DNA of 64,000 nucleotides, from positions 2,711,217-2,775,216 of the forward strand of contig OY760504.1 in NCBI GenBank assembly GCA_963663705.1, in the 5' to 3' direction. This document shows, one piece after another, positions 1 to 10,194 of this stretch. Position numbers and translations under genes: made by a program. The stretch is from Armatimonadota bacterium. GTDB taxonomy: Bacteria > Armatimonadota > UBA5829 > DTJY01. The notes beneath the pieces are model-generated. The model did no database searches and was not told the DNA's origin. It saw only the letters and a program-made list of their open reading frames with translations. Numbering within the stretch: position 1 is the first letter of the stretch; each line of letters starts with the position of its first letter.

Positions 1-1
1 C

Positions 2-310
2 GAACGAAACGGCATTACAGCGATAATGGCGCGTAACGATATATTAGCTATAGGCGCAGTCAAAGCCATCGTCGAAGCAGGCCTGTCGATACCGGGCGAT
101 ATCTCTGTGCTTGGCTACAACGACACGCTAGTGGCTCGGTGTGCTATGCCGGCGTTGACCTCTATACGCACCCCGATCGCCGAAGCAGGTGAGAGAGCGG
201 TAGAGGTCTTGATACAGGCTATCGAGGCGAAGGACAAGCGTGAAGACTTCCCCGGTGTGTCGTTCGCGCCGACGATTACTGAACGAGCGTCATGTGCGCC
301 TCCCAAATAG
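2..310 (+). CDS. LacI-family transcriptional regulator, C-terminal effector-binding domain; 5' end lies outside the window
   Basis: The reading frame is open from the window edge. The sequence TAIMARNDILAIGAVKAIVEAGLSIPGDISVLGYNDT is typical of the periplasmic-binding-protein-like domain of LacI/GalR repressors. Confidence 0.55.
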   Translation, partial: ERNGITAIMARNDILAIGAVKAIVEAGLSIPGDISVLGYNDTLVARCAMPALTSIRTPIAEAGERAVEVLIQAIEAKDKREDFPGVSFAPTITERASCAPPK

Positions 311-359
311 CGCATGACTATTATTGAAAATTTGGTCCTATAAGCTTTCTTGTGGGTGA

Positions 360-650
360 ATCTTCAGATTGCACTGATTCGGCCCTCGCCCCAACCAATT
401 TTGGGCGAGCGCGTTTTTGTTCCGCTTATCCCGAGTAGCCCACAGGGCATATCGAGGGACGGTACATGTCTACCAGGCTTCGGCAGCGGCGTCTTCGACT
501 CTGCAACCGAAGCATCTACGCACCCGTGAAGGGTGTGCCTACATATAGTCGGCGCAGGGCGGCTTCGTGTTTTTGTTGCCGCGAATTTATTCGCACGGTT
601 ATTGGAACACTGTCGCTATCCACAAACTTTCTTATAGAGCCTTAAATTGT
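360..650. repeat. About 290-bp non-coding element with a GC-rich hairpin and two conserved blocks; an inverted copy lies at 61340-61810
   Basis: Direct comparison: 420-512 matches the reverse complement of 61620-61712 over about 93 nt with 2 mismatches. 551-640 matches the reverse complement of 61341-61430 over about 88 nt with 4 mismatches. A hairpin ctcgccc...gggcgag sits at 386-414. Confidence 0.7.
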
Positions 651-687
651 TTAAACTGATATACAGATAAACGCAGAAAGGCACAAA

Positions 688-1827
688 ATGTCACTGATAA
701 GAATCGGCTTCATCGGCGCGGGCTGGATGGGGTCTGTGCAGATGAAGAGAATAACCGAGCGAAACGACGCAGAGATCGTCGCGCTCTATGAGGCCAACCA
801 GGAGCGAGGCAGAGAAGTGCTCACAAACCTCGGCCTCTCCCCCGACATACTCGTAGACAATTACGAAGCGATCATCAACAACTCGGATGTCGATGCTGTC
901 TGGGTAGTGAGCCCGAACGCCTTCCACGCAGGACAGGCCATCGCAGCCATGAGAGCCGGGAAGCACGTCTTCTGCGAGAAACCGGCCGCCACAACCTTTG
1001 CCGACTACTGCGCCGAGATAGAGGCGGAGCGTGCGCACCCCGAGCTCATAACCTACGTAGACTACATACTCTACTTCGACAGCATGGAAGATCACCTTCG
1101 CCGTATGGTCGCAGGCGGCGAGTTCGGGGACGTCACCCAGATACAGGTGAACTACCGCCACCCCATAAATATCTCCGGCGACAAGGTCTGGAAGCTCAAA
1201 AAAGAGATCATGGGCGACGCCATCGGCATGGGAATAAACCACTCCATCTCCGTAATGGTAAACGTCATGAGCTCCCAGGCTAAACCTGCAGCAGTCTATG
1301 CCACCAGTACCCCCGCAAAGGTGCGGGGCTTCGAAGCAGACCCGGTCTGGAACATCATGGTTAAGTTCGACAACGGGGCGACCGGCTTCTGTGCGGGAAA
1401 CATTGACAACGGCAACGGGTATGACGCCTACCACAACATCTTCGGGACAGACGGCGGCTTCGTCTTCGACTCACAGCTTGAGAGGACACACAAAGTGCGC
1501 TACTGGTCCGCCAAGTCCACCGAAGGCAAGTGGGTCTACCCGCTCGATCCCGAAAAGTGCAAAGTGGAGGGACAGGAGGCGCTCATCTGGCCTGCGGACA
1601 CAACCACACCAGACAGCGGAAACGTTGTAGAGCACCAGACCGGCGCATGCGTCGGGCACTTCATAGAGTGCGTGAAGAGCGGGCAGAAGTCGCCGCTTTC
1701 GTTCGTGAACTCGTCGATCATAGCAGAGATCGGCTGGGCAGCGCAGATCTCCGCCAAGACAGGCAGTGAAGTACCTCTTCCGCTCGACTGGGCTGCGGCG
1801 AAGAAGTTTTTCGAGGCACAGCAGTGA
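688..1827 (+). CDS. Gfo/Idh/MocA family NAD(P)-dependent oxidoreductase
   Basis: N-terminal Rossmann motif IGFIGAGWMG; downstream EKP motif (FCEKPAA) typical of the family; 379 aa. Confidence 0.8.
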   Translation: MSLIRIGFIGAGWMGSVQMKRITERNDAEIVALYEANQERGREVLTNLGLSPDILVDNYEAIINNSDVDAVWVVSPNAFHAGQAIAAMRAGKHVFCEKPAATTFADYCAEIEAERAHPELITYVDYILYFDSMEDHLRRMVAGGEFGDVTQIQVNYRHPINISGDKVWKLKKEIMGDAIGMGINHSISVMVNVMSSQAKPAAVYATSTPAKVRGFEADPVWNIMVKFDNGATGFCAGNIDNGNGYDAYHNIFGTDGGFVFDSQLERTHKVRYWSAKSTEGKWVYPLDPEKCKVEGQEALIWPADTTTPDSGNVVEHQTGACVGHFIECVKSGQKSPLSFVNSSIIAEIGWAAQISAKTGSEVPLPLDWAAAKKFFEAQQ

Positions 1828-3113
1828 TTCAGATAAGAAGAACCAACAGCAATTTCGAGAGAGAACCTCTCACCGCACCATTCGGCTTCAAAGGCGGCTA
1901 CCTCTCCGAACTCTGGCAGAGTGTAGCACTCCTGGAGAGCGAGAACGGGCTCAAAGGCCTCGGCCTTGGCACGCAGAGCACACTTTGGTCGGACGCGGGG
2001 ATATTCACAAGCACCGCAGAATCAGCAGGAAACAGCCTGATGTATCTCATGACCGCATACGCGCTGAAACAGGCAGAAGGCATGGAGTTCAACACTCCCA
2101 TCGACCTGCTCGAACGTCTCCTCCCGATAACCTACGAATACGGGCAGAAGATCACAGGGAGGGATGACCTCCGTCTCACATTCGCCTTGAACGCGCTAGT
2201 GGCAGTAGACAACGCCGCCTGGCAGCTCTACGCGGCAGAGGGAGGCATCGCAATTTTCGATGATATGATCCCCGCTGATATCCGCCCTGCGCTCTCGCAT
2301 AGACACAGGGAACTCGCCAGCATCCCGCTCATGAGCTATGGGGTGCCGCTTCCCGGCATAATGCAGGCAGTGGAAGACGGATACTTCTTCCTCAAGATAA
2401 AGATCGGCTCCGACCCGAAGAAGGACGGCGACCGCGATAAGATGCTCGAGTGGGACAAGGCGAGGCTTGAGTCGATCCACAACGCCGTAAAAGACATAGC
2501 AACCCCATACACAGAGCACGGGCATATCCCGTACTACCTCGACGCAAACGGCAGGTACGATAGCAAAGACCGCCTGATGAGGTTTCTGGATCACGCGGAG
2601 CGGATCGGAGCGCTAGAGCGCATAATGATCATGGAAGAGCCGTTCCCGGAAGAGTATAGTGAAGATGTGCGAGACATCCCTGTGCGGCTCGCGGCGGACG
2701 AGAGCGCGCATTCAGATAAGGATGCAGCCGAGCGGATAGAGATGGGCTATGGTGCAATCGCCCTGAAGCCCATCGCGAAGACCATGAGCATGAGCCTCTT
2801 GATCGCAAAGCTCGCGCACGAGAAGGGAATCCCGTGCTTCTGCGCAGACCTCACCGTGAACCCTATACTCGTGGATTGGAACAAGAACGTTGCCGCCCGA
2901 CTCGCGCCGCTCCCGGGGATGAAGATCGGAGTGCTCGAATCGAACGGCCACCAGAACTACGCCCGGTGGGATGAGATGAAGTCATACCACCCATGTGCAG
3001 GGGCATCGTGGATGAACGCAGATAGAGGACTGTTCCATGCAGACTATGATTTCTATGCCCACAGCGGCGGAATCTTTGAGATGAGCGAGCACTATTGGAG
3101 GTTTGGGAAATGA
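1824..3113 (+). CDS. Enolase-superfamily enzyme (mandelate racemase / muconate lactonizing enzyme fold), putative sugar-acid dehydratase or epimerase
   Basis: GTG start overlaps the upstream stop (GTGA). KxK motif (KIKIG), metal ligands DANG, EEP and ADES at the expected spacing; 429 aa. Confidence 0.65.
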   Translation: MIQIRRTNSNFEREPLTAPFGFKGGYLSELWQSVALLESENGLKGLGLGTQSTLWSDAGIFTSTAESAGNSLMYLMTAYALKQAEGMEFNTPIDLLERLLPITYEYGQKITGRDDLRLTFALNALVAVDNAAWQLYAAEGGIAIFDDMIPADIRPALSHRHRELASIPLMSYGVPLPGIMQAVEDGYFFLKIKIGSDPKKDGDRDKMLEWDKARLESIHNAVKDIATPYTEHGHIPYYLDANGRYDSKDRLMRFLDHAERIGALERIMIMEEPFPEEYSEDVRDIPVRLAADESAHSDKDAAERIEMGYGAIALKPIAKTMSMSLLIAKLAHEKGIPCFCADLTVNPILVDWNKNVAARLAPLPGMKIGVLESNGHQNYARWDEMKSYHPCAGASWMNADRGLFHADYDFYAHSGGIFEMSEHYWRFGK

Positions 3114-4747
3114 GAACTGTCAAAGGCATCACAATACTGTCTCTGGTACTGGCGGTACTGTTTGTTTTATCCTCGCCATGTTTTTCAAATGCTGTAATAT
3201 GGGTCAAGGCCGGCTCAAGCTGGAGCGTGACTGGTGGGGACGATCTTCAGCAGCTCAAGCATCTGGCTTCGGGTGTCGGTTGGGAGTTTGAGCCGAATGC
3301 CGATACGGATGCGGCTCTTCAGAGAGTCGGGATAAAGACGATCCGCTGCATCAACGTCGATCCGTTGGGCGGTAAGTTTGATGAGAAAGGCAATTTCATC
3401 GTCGGGACGAACGATAAGCTGGATGCACATCTGCGATTATGCCGCAAGATCGGGGCTAATCCGCATGTGATTATTGCGGTGACTCTGCACCCGGACCTAG
3501 CTCTGAAGGCGGAGGATGTTAAGGACAAGAGCGAGTCGATCATGGGATTGGTGAGTTCGGCTACGTTGGGTCCTACGAATTGGCCTAAGTTTCGGAACTA
3601 CATTGAGGCGTGCTTCGAGTATGTGATGGTCACTAACGGCTTCAAGGATGCGGAGTTCGAGGTGTCGAATGAGCCTGATACGGGTGGTAAAGTCTATCCA
3701 TATCCGCCTCTGCCCGCTCCCGGCTCAAGAGCGCTCTACGAAGCCTATTTCAACCTGTACAAGAACATTGCCATGGCTGCTGAGAGCTTTGAGGTGAAGC
3801 ATCAGGGGACGAATTTGAGGCTTGGCGGCCCGGCGCTGGCGTGGGCGTTTACTTATAAGTTCGGAGACTTCAACTGGGCAGAGCGGTTCATCCGTGATTG
3901 TGGCGAGCAGAAGGTAAAGCTCGACTTTGTCGGACTGCACTACTACGGCAATATATCTTCGCTGGATGGTCAGTATCCATCTATCTATCCTTCTTTCACG
4001 GATATGTACAGGGTCACCGAGAAGGCTCGGGATGAGTACTGTCCTGGGGTGCCTATATACTTCACGGAGTGGGGTCCGAGCTATATCACGGACAATTCCG
4101 AGCCCTCTGCCATAAATGCAAACAATATGGGTGCGGCGTGGTCGGCGGCGTTTCTGAACGTTATGCTCCAGTGCAAGGTGGACAGCGCGCTCTACCTTAC
4201 TACTACTGACTTGCGAGCGAGAGACAAAGATGGTAAGTGGGAGGATATCTGGGGATGGCCGACGATGTTCGTGAATCCGTCGGTATTGGGGACGTACCCC
4301 AAGGCTCCGTTCCATGTCTTTGACATGATATCGCGGATGCAAGGTCACCGGGTGGAGGCGACTCGCGGAAGCGACACAGTCAACTGCATCGCATCGGCCG
4401 ACGCAAATGAGAAGAAGGTCGCTATGCTCGTCTGGAACTACGGTGCCGTCATTCCCGAGCATGGTGCAGCCATAGAGAAGGCGAAGCAGGAAAAGGTGGC
4501 CGTGCGCATTCGTGATGCTGTCTCTTTCTTTGGCGCCAGGAACATTAAGGTCCAACGATGGCTTGTAAGCAAAGACACGAGCAATGCTCATTACCTTTTC
4601 AAGAAAGGCGTCAAGCTTGATGACACAAACACAGCGCTCAAGCAGATAGAGAACGTAACCTACAAGGTCAAGGATGGCAAGCTGGATTTCAGCATCGTGA
4701 TGCCACCATCGAGTGTGTCGCTGGTGACGCTAACGACAGCAAAATAA
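3110..4747 (+). CDS. Secreted clan GH-A glycoside hydrolase (GH39-like TIM barrel plus C-terminal beta-sandwich)
   Basis: ATG at 3110 overlaps the upstream stop (ATGA). Signal peptide ITILSLVLAVLFVLSSPCFSNA. Acid/base-like NEP (VSNEPDTG) and nucleophile-like FTEWG motifs about 115 aa apart. Confidence 0.5.
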   Translation: MRTVKGITILSLVLAVLFVLSSPCFSNAVIWVKAGSSWSVTGGDDLQQLKHLASGVGWEFEPNADTDAALQRVGIKTIRCINVDPLGGKFDEKGNFIVGTNDKLDAHLRLCRKIGANPHVIIAVTLHPDLALKAEDVKDKSESIMGLVSSATLGPTNWPKFRNYIEACFEYVMVTNGFKDAEFEVSNEPDTGGKVYPYPPLPAPGSRALYEAYFNLYKNIAMAAESFEVKHQGTNLRLGGPALAWAFTYKFGDFNWAERFIRDCGEQKVKLDFVGLHYYGNISSLDGQYPSIYPSFTDMYRVTEKARDEYCPGVPIYFTEWGPSYITDNSEPSAINANNMGAAWSAAFLNVMLQCKVDSALYLTTTDLRARDKDGKWEDIWGWPTMFVNPSVLGTYPKAPFHVFDMISRMQGHRVEATRGSDTVNCIASADANEKKVAMLVWNYGAVIPEHGAAIEKAKQEKVAVRIRDAVSFFGARNIKVQRWLVSKDTSNAHYLFKKGVKLDDTNTALKQIENVTYKVKDGKLDFSIVMPPSSVSLVTLTTAK

Positions 4748-4822
4748 TCCGCATTGTGCAAGGTAGACGCGAGCATTATTTGAACTTAGCGAAATAAGAA
4801 AACGGTAAGGAGTATATTTGGT

Positions 4823-7800
4823 ATGTCGCTATATTGGTTTAAGAGAAGTTTGGCGGTGGTACTCCTGGTACTCGCCGCATCCGCCTGCCTGGCGAGCCAG
4901 ACGGTAACTCTGGACAGATTTGAATATTCATCGCAGTGGTATTTCTCAAACGGCGGCGAGTTTCCCGGTGCGAATGGTTCTATTGCCTGCAAGTCTGACG
5001 GCAGGCTCTCGCTGAACTACGATTTCACGAAGGGCGGCGAGTACGTTGCTGCTGGATACAGCGGAAGTACGCCTCCCGAGATGCAGGAGTTCCGTGTAAA
5101 CATCTGGTCTACTAATGACTGCCGGATCTGCTACCGGATACTCGATGCAAACGGCAGGACGTTTCAGGGGGATTACAGGGACCTCAAGGCGAATACAAAG
5201 GTGGCTCTAACGCTTCCGGTATCGGGGCATTGGATAAATGCATGGGACGGCACTCCCACCCCACAGCCGGTGCTTCCCGTAAGACAGCTCTGCATAATGG
5301 CCTGCAATACCTCTGAGTACCCGAAAACTGGCGCCATCTTTCTTGGCAATCTGGAAGGTGTGAGCGCATCGGCCACAAAGCTCTACTCATCGCAGGAGAG
5401 GCGGGCGACTCCGCTCACTGCCGACAAGACCTCACGGCTCATGCAGAAGATGGCAAAGTCGCTCTACTACCCTGAGGCGAAGGTTGGAGAGATTTCCGCC
5501 ACCGTCGGGTACAACGGACCCGACGAAACGGTTGACGACGTCCGTGACTTGAGAGTCTACTGCAAGGACAAGCTCATCCTGGGTTACTGGGGGCGTATCG
5601 GGCTTACCGGCAAGACCGAGTACTACAATCCGATGAATATAAAGGTGCAATCCGCGAAGGTTAACGGCAGAGACGTTTGGCAGTGGGGGAACACCGACAG
5701 CCGGACCGGCTTTGCCCACATGTGCCGGACATCCATAGATGCAAAAGGCATCACATCTACAGTTTATTTTCGCTTTCTAAAAGCCCACGATGGAAAGGTT
5801 GTTCTGTCGTACTGCCCTCCCGAAGGCACGGTAAAGTACTTCGGCGGCACAGGTGCGGAAGGTGACGAGTACGGGCTCATCTTCCCGGAGGCCAATGCCT
5901 CCAAGGCAGAGTACGACCTGGGCGACCGGAAGCTTTCGTGCCTCTTCTCTGTTGCGAAGCCTGCGGGTATGACGTTGCACGACGGCGAGACGAGATGGTC
6001 GCACGTGATGGGAGGCTTTCACAAGTTCTCGTATATAGAAATCGCACCACCAAACGGTAAGGCATTTCCGGCCGGTTACGAGAACGCCGTGCAACTCCGT
6101 TCTGCGTGGGATGCATCTGCGAAGCACCCTGCATCCATTGAGGCGTGTACCTGGGATGATGGGGTGAATCTTTCCATCATGGAAAAAGACGGCGGAAAGT
6201 GGGTACTCCCGCAGACCCCTGAGCCGAGATATTTCTTCGCAGGCGACAAGAAAGAGATCGCGGTGATGCTTCACAACCTCTCTGACAAGTTCGGGCGGAG
6301 TGTGGTTCTCTCTTGCAGGGTGCGCGACAACCGAGATCGTGATACCTTTACGAAGACTCTGCGCGTATCTCTTGCTCCTTCCGAGATGCGGCAAGTGGTG
6401 ATCCCGCTGGCGGTCAAAGAGAAGGGCATCTACACCGTGATTCTATCTGCGGATAATGCGCAGAAGGTGAGCAGGTTTGCAGTGCTTCCGAAACCTGCCA
6501 CTGTTGCGGCGAAGGATTCGTTCTTTGGCGTGGACCCGGTTTTCTATCCCGGCACAGAAAAGGACATGGATATGCTTCGGGCGTTCGGTATCAGGATGCT
6601 GCGCCTCGGAGGAGGAGTGTGGCACCCCGGCAGCGTAGAGGATGCGAAGGCGTATCTGAGAAGCCTCGCAAAACACGACATAGACTACTTTCTACTCATT
6701 GCCGGCAGGGATGACGTCACGAGCGAATACAAGGAATTAGGAAAGAGTTGGGAGATCATAAACGAACCGAATAATGGCACTTGGCGGCCCGATCAGTACG
6801 CCGAAGAGGTGCGGGTGACGGTTGAGAAGATCAAAGCGGTCAACCCGAGTGCGATGGTGCTGGGCTGTGATGTGAGCGGCGGCGACAGTGACAGCGACTT
6901 CGCCTTCACCCGGAGGTTTCTCGTGTGTGGGGGTGGAAAGTACATCGACGTCATACCCTTCCATCCGTATTCGAGCATACGTCTCTTCGGCGATGGGCTA
7001 AATCCTATGAGCCCGGATGACAACCAGTTGCTTCCGAAGATGCTTCGTGCTCAGGAGTTGACTCGGGCGAACAACTTGCGGATGTGGATCGGGGAGGTCG
7101 GCTACATGCACCAGGGGATACTCGACTTTCCCGGTGCGAAGGTTGACGCGAACGAGCGTGTGATGGCAAACTACCTTGTGCGGCTCTACCTGCTTGCCCG
7201 ATGTGTTCCCGATATGGAGAAAGTCGTCTGGTTCGAGTTAAGCAAGGATGCTTCTACACAAGATTTTCATCCGGCAGAGAAGCTGAGCTACAGCCTGCTT
7301 GGTGCAGAGAACAACGTGACGCCGCAGATAGTCGCGTACGCCAACCTCGCGAGCCTGATCGACGGTGCGAAATTCGAGCGCAAGCTGAACTTCCCGATTG
7401 AGAGCTTATACGGTGTTCTGCATAGCCGGGGGGATAAGCAGATACTCGCCCTCTGGTCAGCGAGAGATCCCTACAGTCTGACCTTTGACAGCAAGAAGGC
7501 TCTCGACGTTACCTCGATAGTGGGTGCGGAGTCGAAAGTTAATCCCGTAAACGGGAAGATAACGCTCACACTCACCGGCGAGCCGTTCTACATCACAAGT
7601 GACGACGCGGGTCTGACTGAGCGGATAGAGAGGGCAGAGATCATCGTCAAAGAACCTGTCGAGATCGCTGACATCGCTATCGTCGGTACAAATCTTTCTG
7701 CCGTGCTCCGAAACAAAACGGCAAAGCCGCTCACCGCCAAGGTCGAGCTTGGGGACGAATCTTGGAGCGTCAAGTTAGCGGCAAGTGAACAGAAGGACTT

Positions 7801-8521
7801 CCTCTTCCCTGTGAAGCATGCCGGTCAGACGATAAAAGTCATCGTGGAGGCAGGAGGTAGCCGCATAGCAAAGACCAGGTCTGTATCGAAAGAGACGGTT
7901 AAGCCGGATATGGTCGCCTTACGAGCCGAAAAGCCCATCACAATCGACGGCGACTTGGTCGACTGGCAGGGTGCGTCTCCGATTGTCCTGGACAAGCACG
8001 AGCTCGTATCGCCACCGGATCCCGGGTTCTGGAAAGGACCGGAGGATCTCTCGGCTACCGGATACATTAAGTACGATGATCAGTACCTATACTTTGCCTG
8101 TGCCGTGAAGGATGACATGCAGACAAACGATGAACCCGCCGGAACGATTTGGGCGAAAGACAGCATCCAACTCGGGCTGGGGAACATGGAGTATCCAGAC
8201 GCATACACCGAGATCAGCTTCGGGCTCTCGTCTTCGGCAGGCGTTGTGCACTTCATGAACATGGGTGCTAATCAGGGAGTGCCGGTCGAGGGCATGAAGC
8301 TTGCCATCAAACGTAACCCTGGCGAGACCATCTACGAAGCCGCGATCCCGTTTACCGCGCTCAAAGGAGCCTTTATATACCCTGGATGCAATATCCGGCT
8401 TGCGTTCATAGTAAATGATGCCGATGACTTTGGCCGCAAGTGGATAGCCACCAAAGACCCATCGCTGATAGGCGGCACGAAGGATACGAAGGGCTTTCCA
8501 GTTCTCTACTTCAAACCTTAG
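4823..8521 (+). CDS. Large secreted multidomain glycoside hydrolase with a C-terminal CBM9-like carbohydrate-binding module
   Basis: Signal peptide LAVVLLVLAASACLA. Internal GH-A-like barrel (WEIINEPNNGTW ... IGEVGY). C-terminal DGDLVDWQGASPIVL ... YIKYDDQYLYFACAVKDD pattern is characteristic of CBM9/DOMON-like modules; 1232 aa. Confidence 0.5.
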   Translation: MSLYWFKRSLAVVLLVLAASACLASQTVTLDRFEYSSQWYFSNGGEFPGANGSIACKSDGRLSLNYDFTKGGEYVAAGYSGSTPPEMQEFRVNIWSTNDCRICYRILDANGRTFQGDYRDLKANTKVALTLPVSGHWINAWDGTPTPQPVLPVRQLCIMACNTSEYPKTGAIFLGNLEGVSASATKLYSSQERRATPLTADKTSRLMQKMAKSLYYPEAKVGEISATVGYNGPDETVDDVRDLRVYCKDKLILGYWGRIGLTGKTEYYNPMNIKVQSAKVNGRDVWQWGNTDSRTGFAHMCRTSIDAKGITSTVYFRFLKAHDGKVVLSYCPPEGTVKYFGGTGAEGDEYGLIFPEANASKAEYDLGDRKLSCLFSVAKPAGMTLHDGETRWSHVMGGFHKFSYIEIAPPNGKAFPAGYENAVQLRSAWDASAKHPASIEACTWDDGVNLSIMEKDGGKWVLPQTPEPRYFFAGDKKEIAVMLHNLSDKFGRSVVLSCRVRDNRDRDTFTKTLRVSLAPSEMRQVVIPLAVKEKGIYTVILSADNAQKVSRFAVLPKPATVAAKDSFFGVDPVFYPGTEKDMDMLRAFGIRMLRLGGGVWHPGSVEDAKAYLRSLAKHDIDYFLLIAGRDDVTSEYKELGKSWEIINEPNNGTWRPDQYAEEVRVTVEKIKAVNPSAMVLGCDVSGGDSDSDFAFTRRFLVCGGGKYIDVIPFHPYSSIRLFGDGLNPMSPDDNQLLPKMLRAQELTRANNLRMWIGEVGYMHQGILDFPGAKVDANERVMANYLVRLYLLARCVPDMEKVVWFELSKDASTQDFHPAEKLSYSLLGAENNVTPQIVAYANLASLIDGAKFERKLNFPIESLYGVLHSRGDKQILALWSARDPYSLTFDSKKALDVTSIVGAESKVNPVNGKITLTLTGEPFYITSDDAGLTERIERAEIIVKEPVEIADIAIVGTNLSAVLRNKTAKPLTAKVELGDESWSVKLAASEQKDFLFPVKHAGQTIKVIVEAGGSRIAKTRSVSKETVKPDMVALRAEKPITIDGDLVDWQGASPIVLDKHELVSPPDPGFWKGPEDLSATGYIKYDDQYLYFACAVKDDMQTNDEPAGTIWAKDSIQLGLGNMEYPDAYTEISFGLSSSAGVVHFMNMGANQGVPVEGMKLAIKRNPGETIYEAAIPFTALKGAFIYPGCNIRLAFIVNDADDFGRKWIATKDPSLIGGTKDTKGFPVLYFKP

Positions 8522-8526
8522 AAAAT

Positions 8527-8563
8527 ACTGTGGGGCATCCCATGTGGCGGGGTGTCCCACAGT
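8527..8563 (+). terminator. Possible hairpin terminator after the large hydrolase gene
   Basis: An 8-bp stem actgtggg / cccacagt with a 21-nt loop immediately 3' of the stop. It is followed by gtttcac, a weak T tract. Confidence 0.2.
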
Positions 8564-8743
8564 GTTTCACAAACATGCCCAAATAAGCGCTTGCAAGCCT
8601 GAGCTGTACAAACCTGAACCTGCTATTCTTTCTCTTGAATAGCAATATCGATTCACAGAGACGTCGACCCATATTGCGGGTTAAGTGAGGAGTTGTTCCT
8701 CATGGAGTAACAGATACCCTAACTTTTTATTTTGAGGTGCAAC

Positions 8744-9634
8744 ATGCAGATAATAACCGGGGCAACTGCCAATGATATAAAGCCTGCGAGCCTGATGATG
8801 TGGGAGGCGTTCAACTGCGCTGCCACGAATCGGGGGAAGGATTACTTCTACAACCTTATGACCAACGAGCCGTACTTCGAGCCGGAGCAATTGCGCCTGG
8901 TCAAGATTGATGGACGAATTGCGGCCACTGTTGTGGTGGCAATTCGTGCAGTCTTTACCGATGCGGAGATCCTGCTGCTTGGCGGAATCGGGAACGTCGC
9001 CGTCCATCCCGACTTTCGGGGGAGGGATCTCTCGCTCGTCATCCTGCAGAATGCGATAGAGTACATGACGCAGAGAGGCTTTCACGCCTCCATCCTATAT
9101 TCCGGGCACATCGGCCTCTACGAGAAGGTTAGATTTGAGCGCATGCAGCGGCACGGCCACGTCACCGGGCGTGTGCCAGGCGAGGCAGAGCCGCTTGTGA
9201 AGACAAAGGACTGGGCGCTCGCAAAGAGGCTCTACGATGGGAGTTTTGCAAGACTTTCGGGAGGGCTGGTTCGGTCCGAGGCATTTTGGGCGTCGTACAT
9301 AACCCGCCGCTGGCTCGCCGTTGCGGATATCGTTTACAGTAGTGACAGGAGCGCGTATGCGACGGTTGTTGTTGATTCTGAGGATGGTTCGGTCACTGTA
9401 GTAGATGCAGGATATAAAGACAACCCCGACCAGCTTACTAATCTCTTTGCGACCGAGTTTGCCGGTATGCGGATATCGACTACGTCCACCGATCTGACGA
9501 ACCCGCTGCTTGCTGCGATGGAGTCGGCAATCGGGGTGCCGTCGGTCGTGCCTTCGCAGGACATGATGGCGCGCGGTATAGGGGGAAACCCGGTGCCCGC
9601 ACATATCTTCGATATGGGCGTAGACCATTTCTAA
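8744..9634 (+). CDS. GNAT family N-acetyltransferase (Eis-like architecture)
   Basis: Acetyl-CoA binding core IGNVAVHPDFRGRDLSLVILQNAIEYMTQRGF. ATG at 8744 is preferred over TTG at 8732. Confidence 0.65.
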   Translation: MQIITGATANDIKPASLMMWEAFNCAATNRGKDYFYNLMTNEPYFEPEQLRLVKIDGRIAATVVVAIRAVFTDAEILLLGGIGNVAVHPDFRGRDLSLVILQNAIEYMTQRGFHASILYSGHIGLYEKVRFERMQRHGHVTGRVPGEAEPLVKTKDWALAKRLYDGSFARLSGGLVRSEAFWASYITRRWLAVADIVYSSDRSAYATVVVDSEDGSVTVVDAGYKDNPDQLTNLFATEFAGMRISTTSTDLTNPLLAAMESAIGVPSVVPSQDMMARGIGGNPVPAHIFDMGVDHF

Positions 9635-10194
9635 CTGGTAGAGGATCTGTTCAGCGGTGTACTTTTCTGCAACGTCCCCTGCCCATGTGGCGAATTGGCA
9701 TTGAAGGCGATAAGGGTGGCAAGCCTGTAGCTGTGTTAATGAGCAAGAAGAGGAATACTATTTTACGAATTGCTGCTCGATGAACTGGCTCTTTTGTCTG
9801 TAGCAATGGCGGCTCTTCAAGAAGCCGAGGAGACTCTATCCTGAGTCCCTGGGCCTTTTTTCGTGCCTCTCCGGATACACCGCCGTTTTCGGGTGTACTC
9901 AAACCGTATTTGACCTTTGCACCTGATATGAACACGCCAAATCACGTGACCGGACTTTGTCGGCAAAGGCACATCCTCCACACCTTTTCGATTTTGGAGG
10001 GTTCGCAAAATCGGCTATGCTTCCTCGGCCCTTTTAAGGATTGGGCATATTCCGTGGATGTAATGCGGTAATTACTTTTATCTTATAGCAATCATTTGAT
10101 TCATTGTACGTGCTAGCCAAGTGTCCGTAGAGAGTCCACTTTCCTAAACGACTCGAAACCTTTGGATAGGTTCCGAGTCGTTGCCTTGTGTGAA

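Noticed and set aside
691-1434. Long antisense ORFs opposite well-supported genes (for example 691..1434 -, 13749..14987 -, 34200..35207 -, 37783..39285 -, 45288..46679 -, 32024..32740 -, 31023..31895 -)
   Set aside because: They lie entirely within the opposite strand of genes that have clear family signatures. Their translations are Arg/Pro/His-rich and low-complexity, as expected for high-GC antisense frames.
9095-9628. 177-aa minus-strand ORF overlapping the GNAT gene
   Set aside because: It is antisense to a gene with a clear GNAT motif, and its translation is Arg/His-rich.
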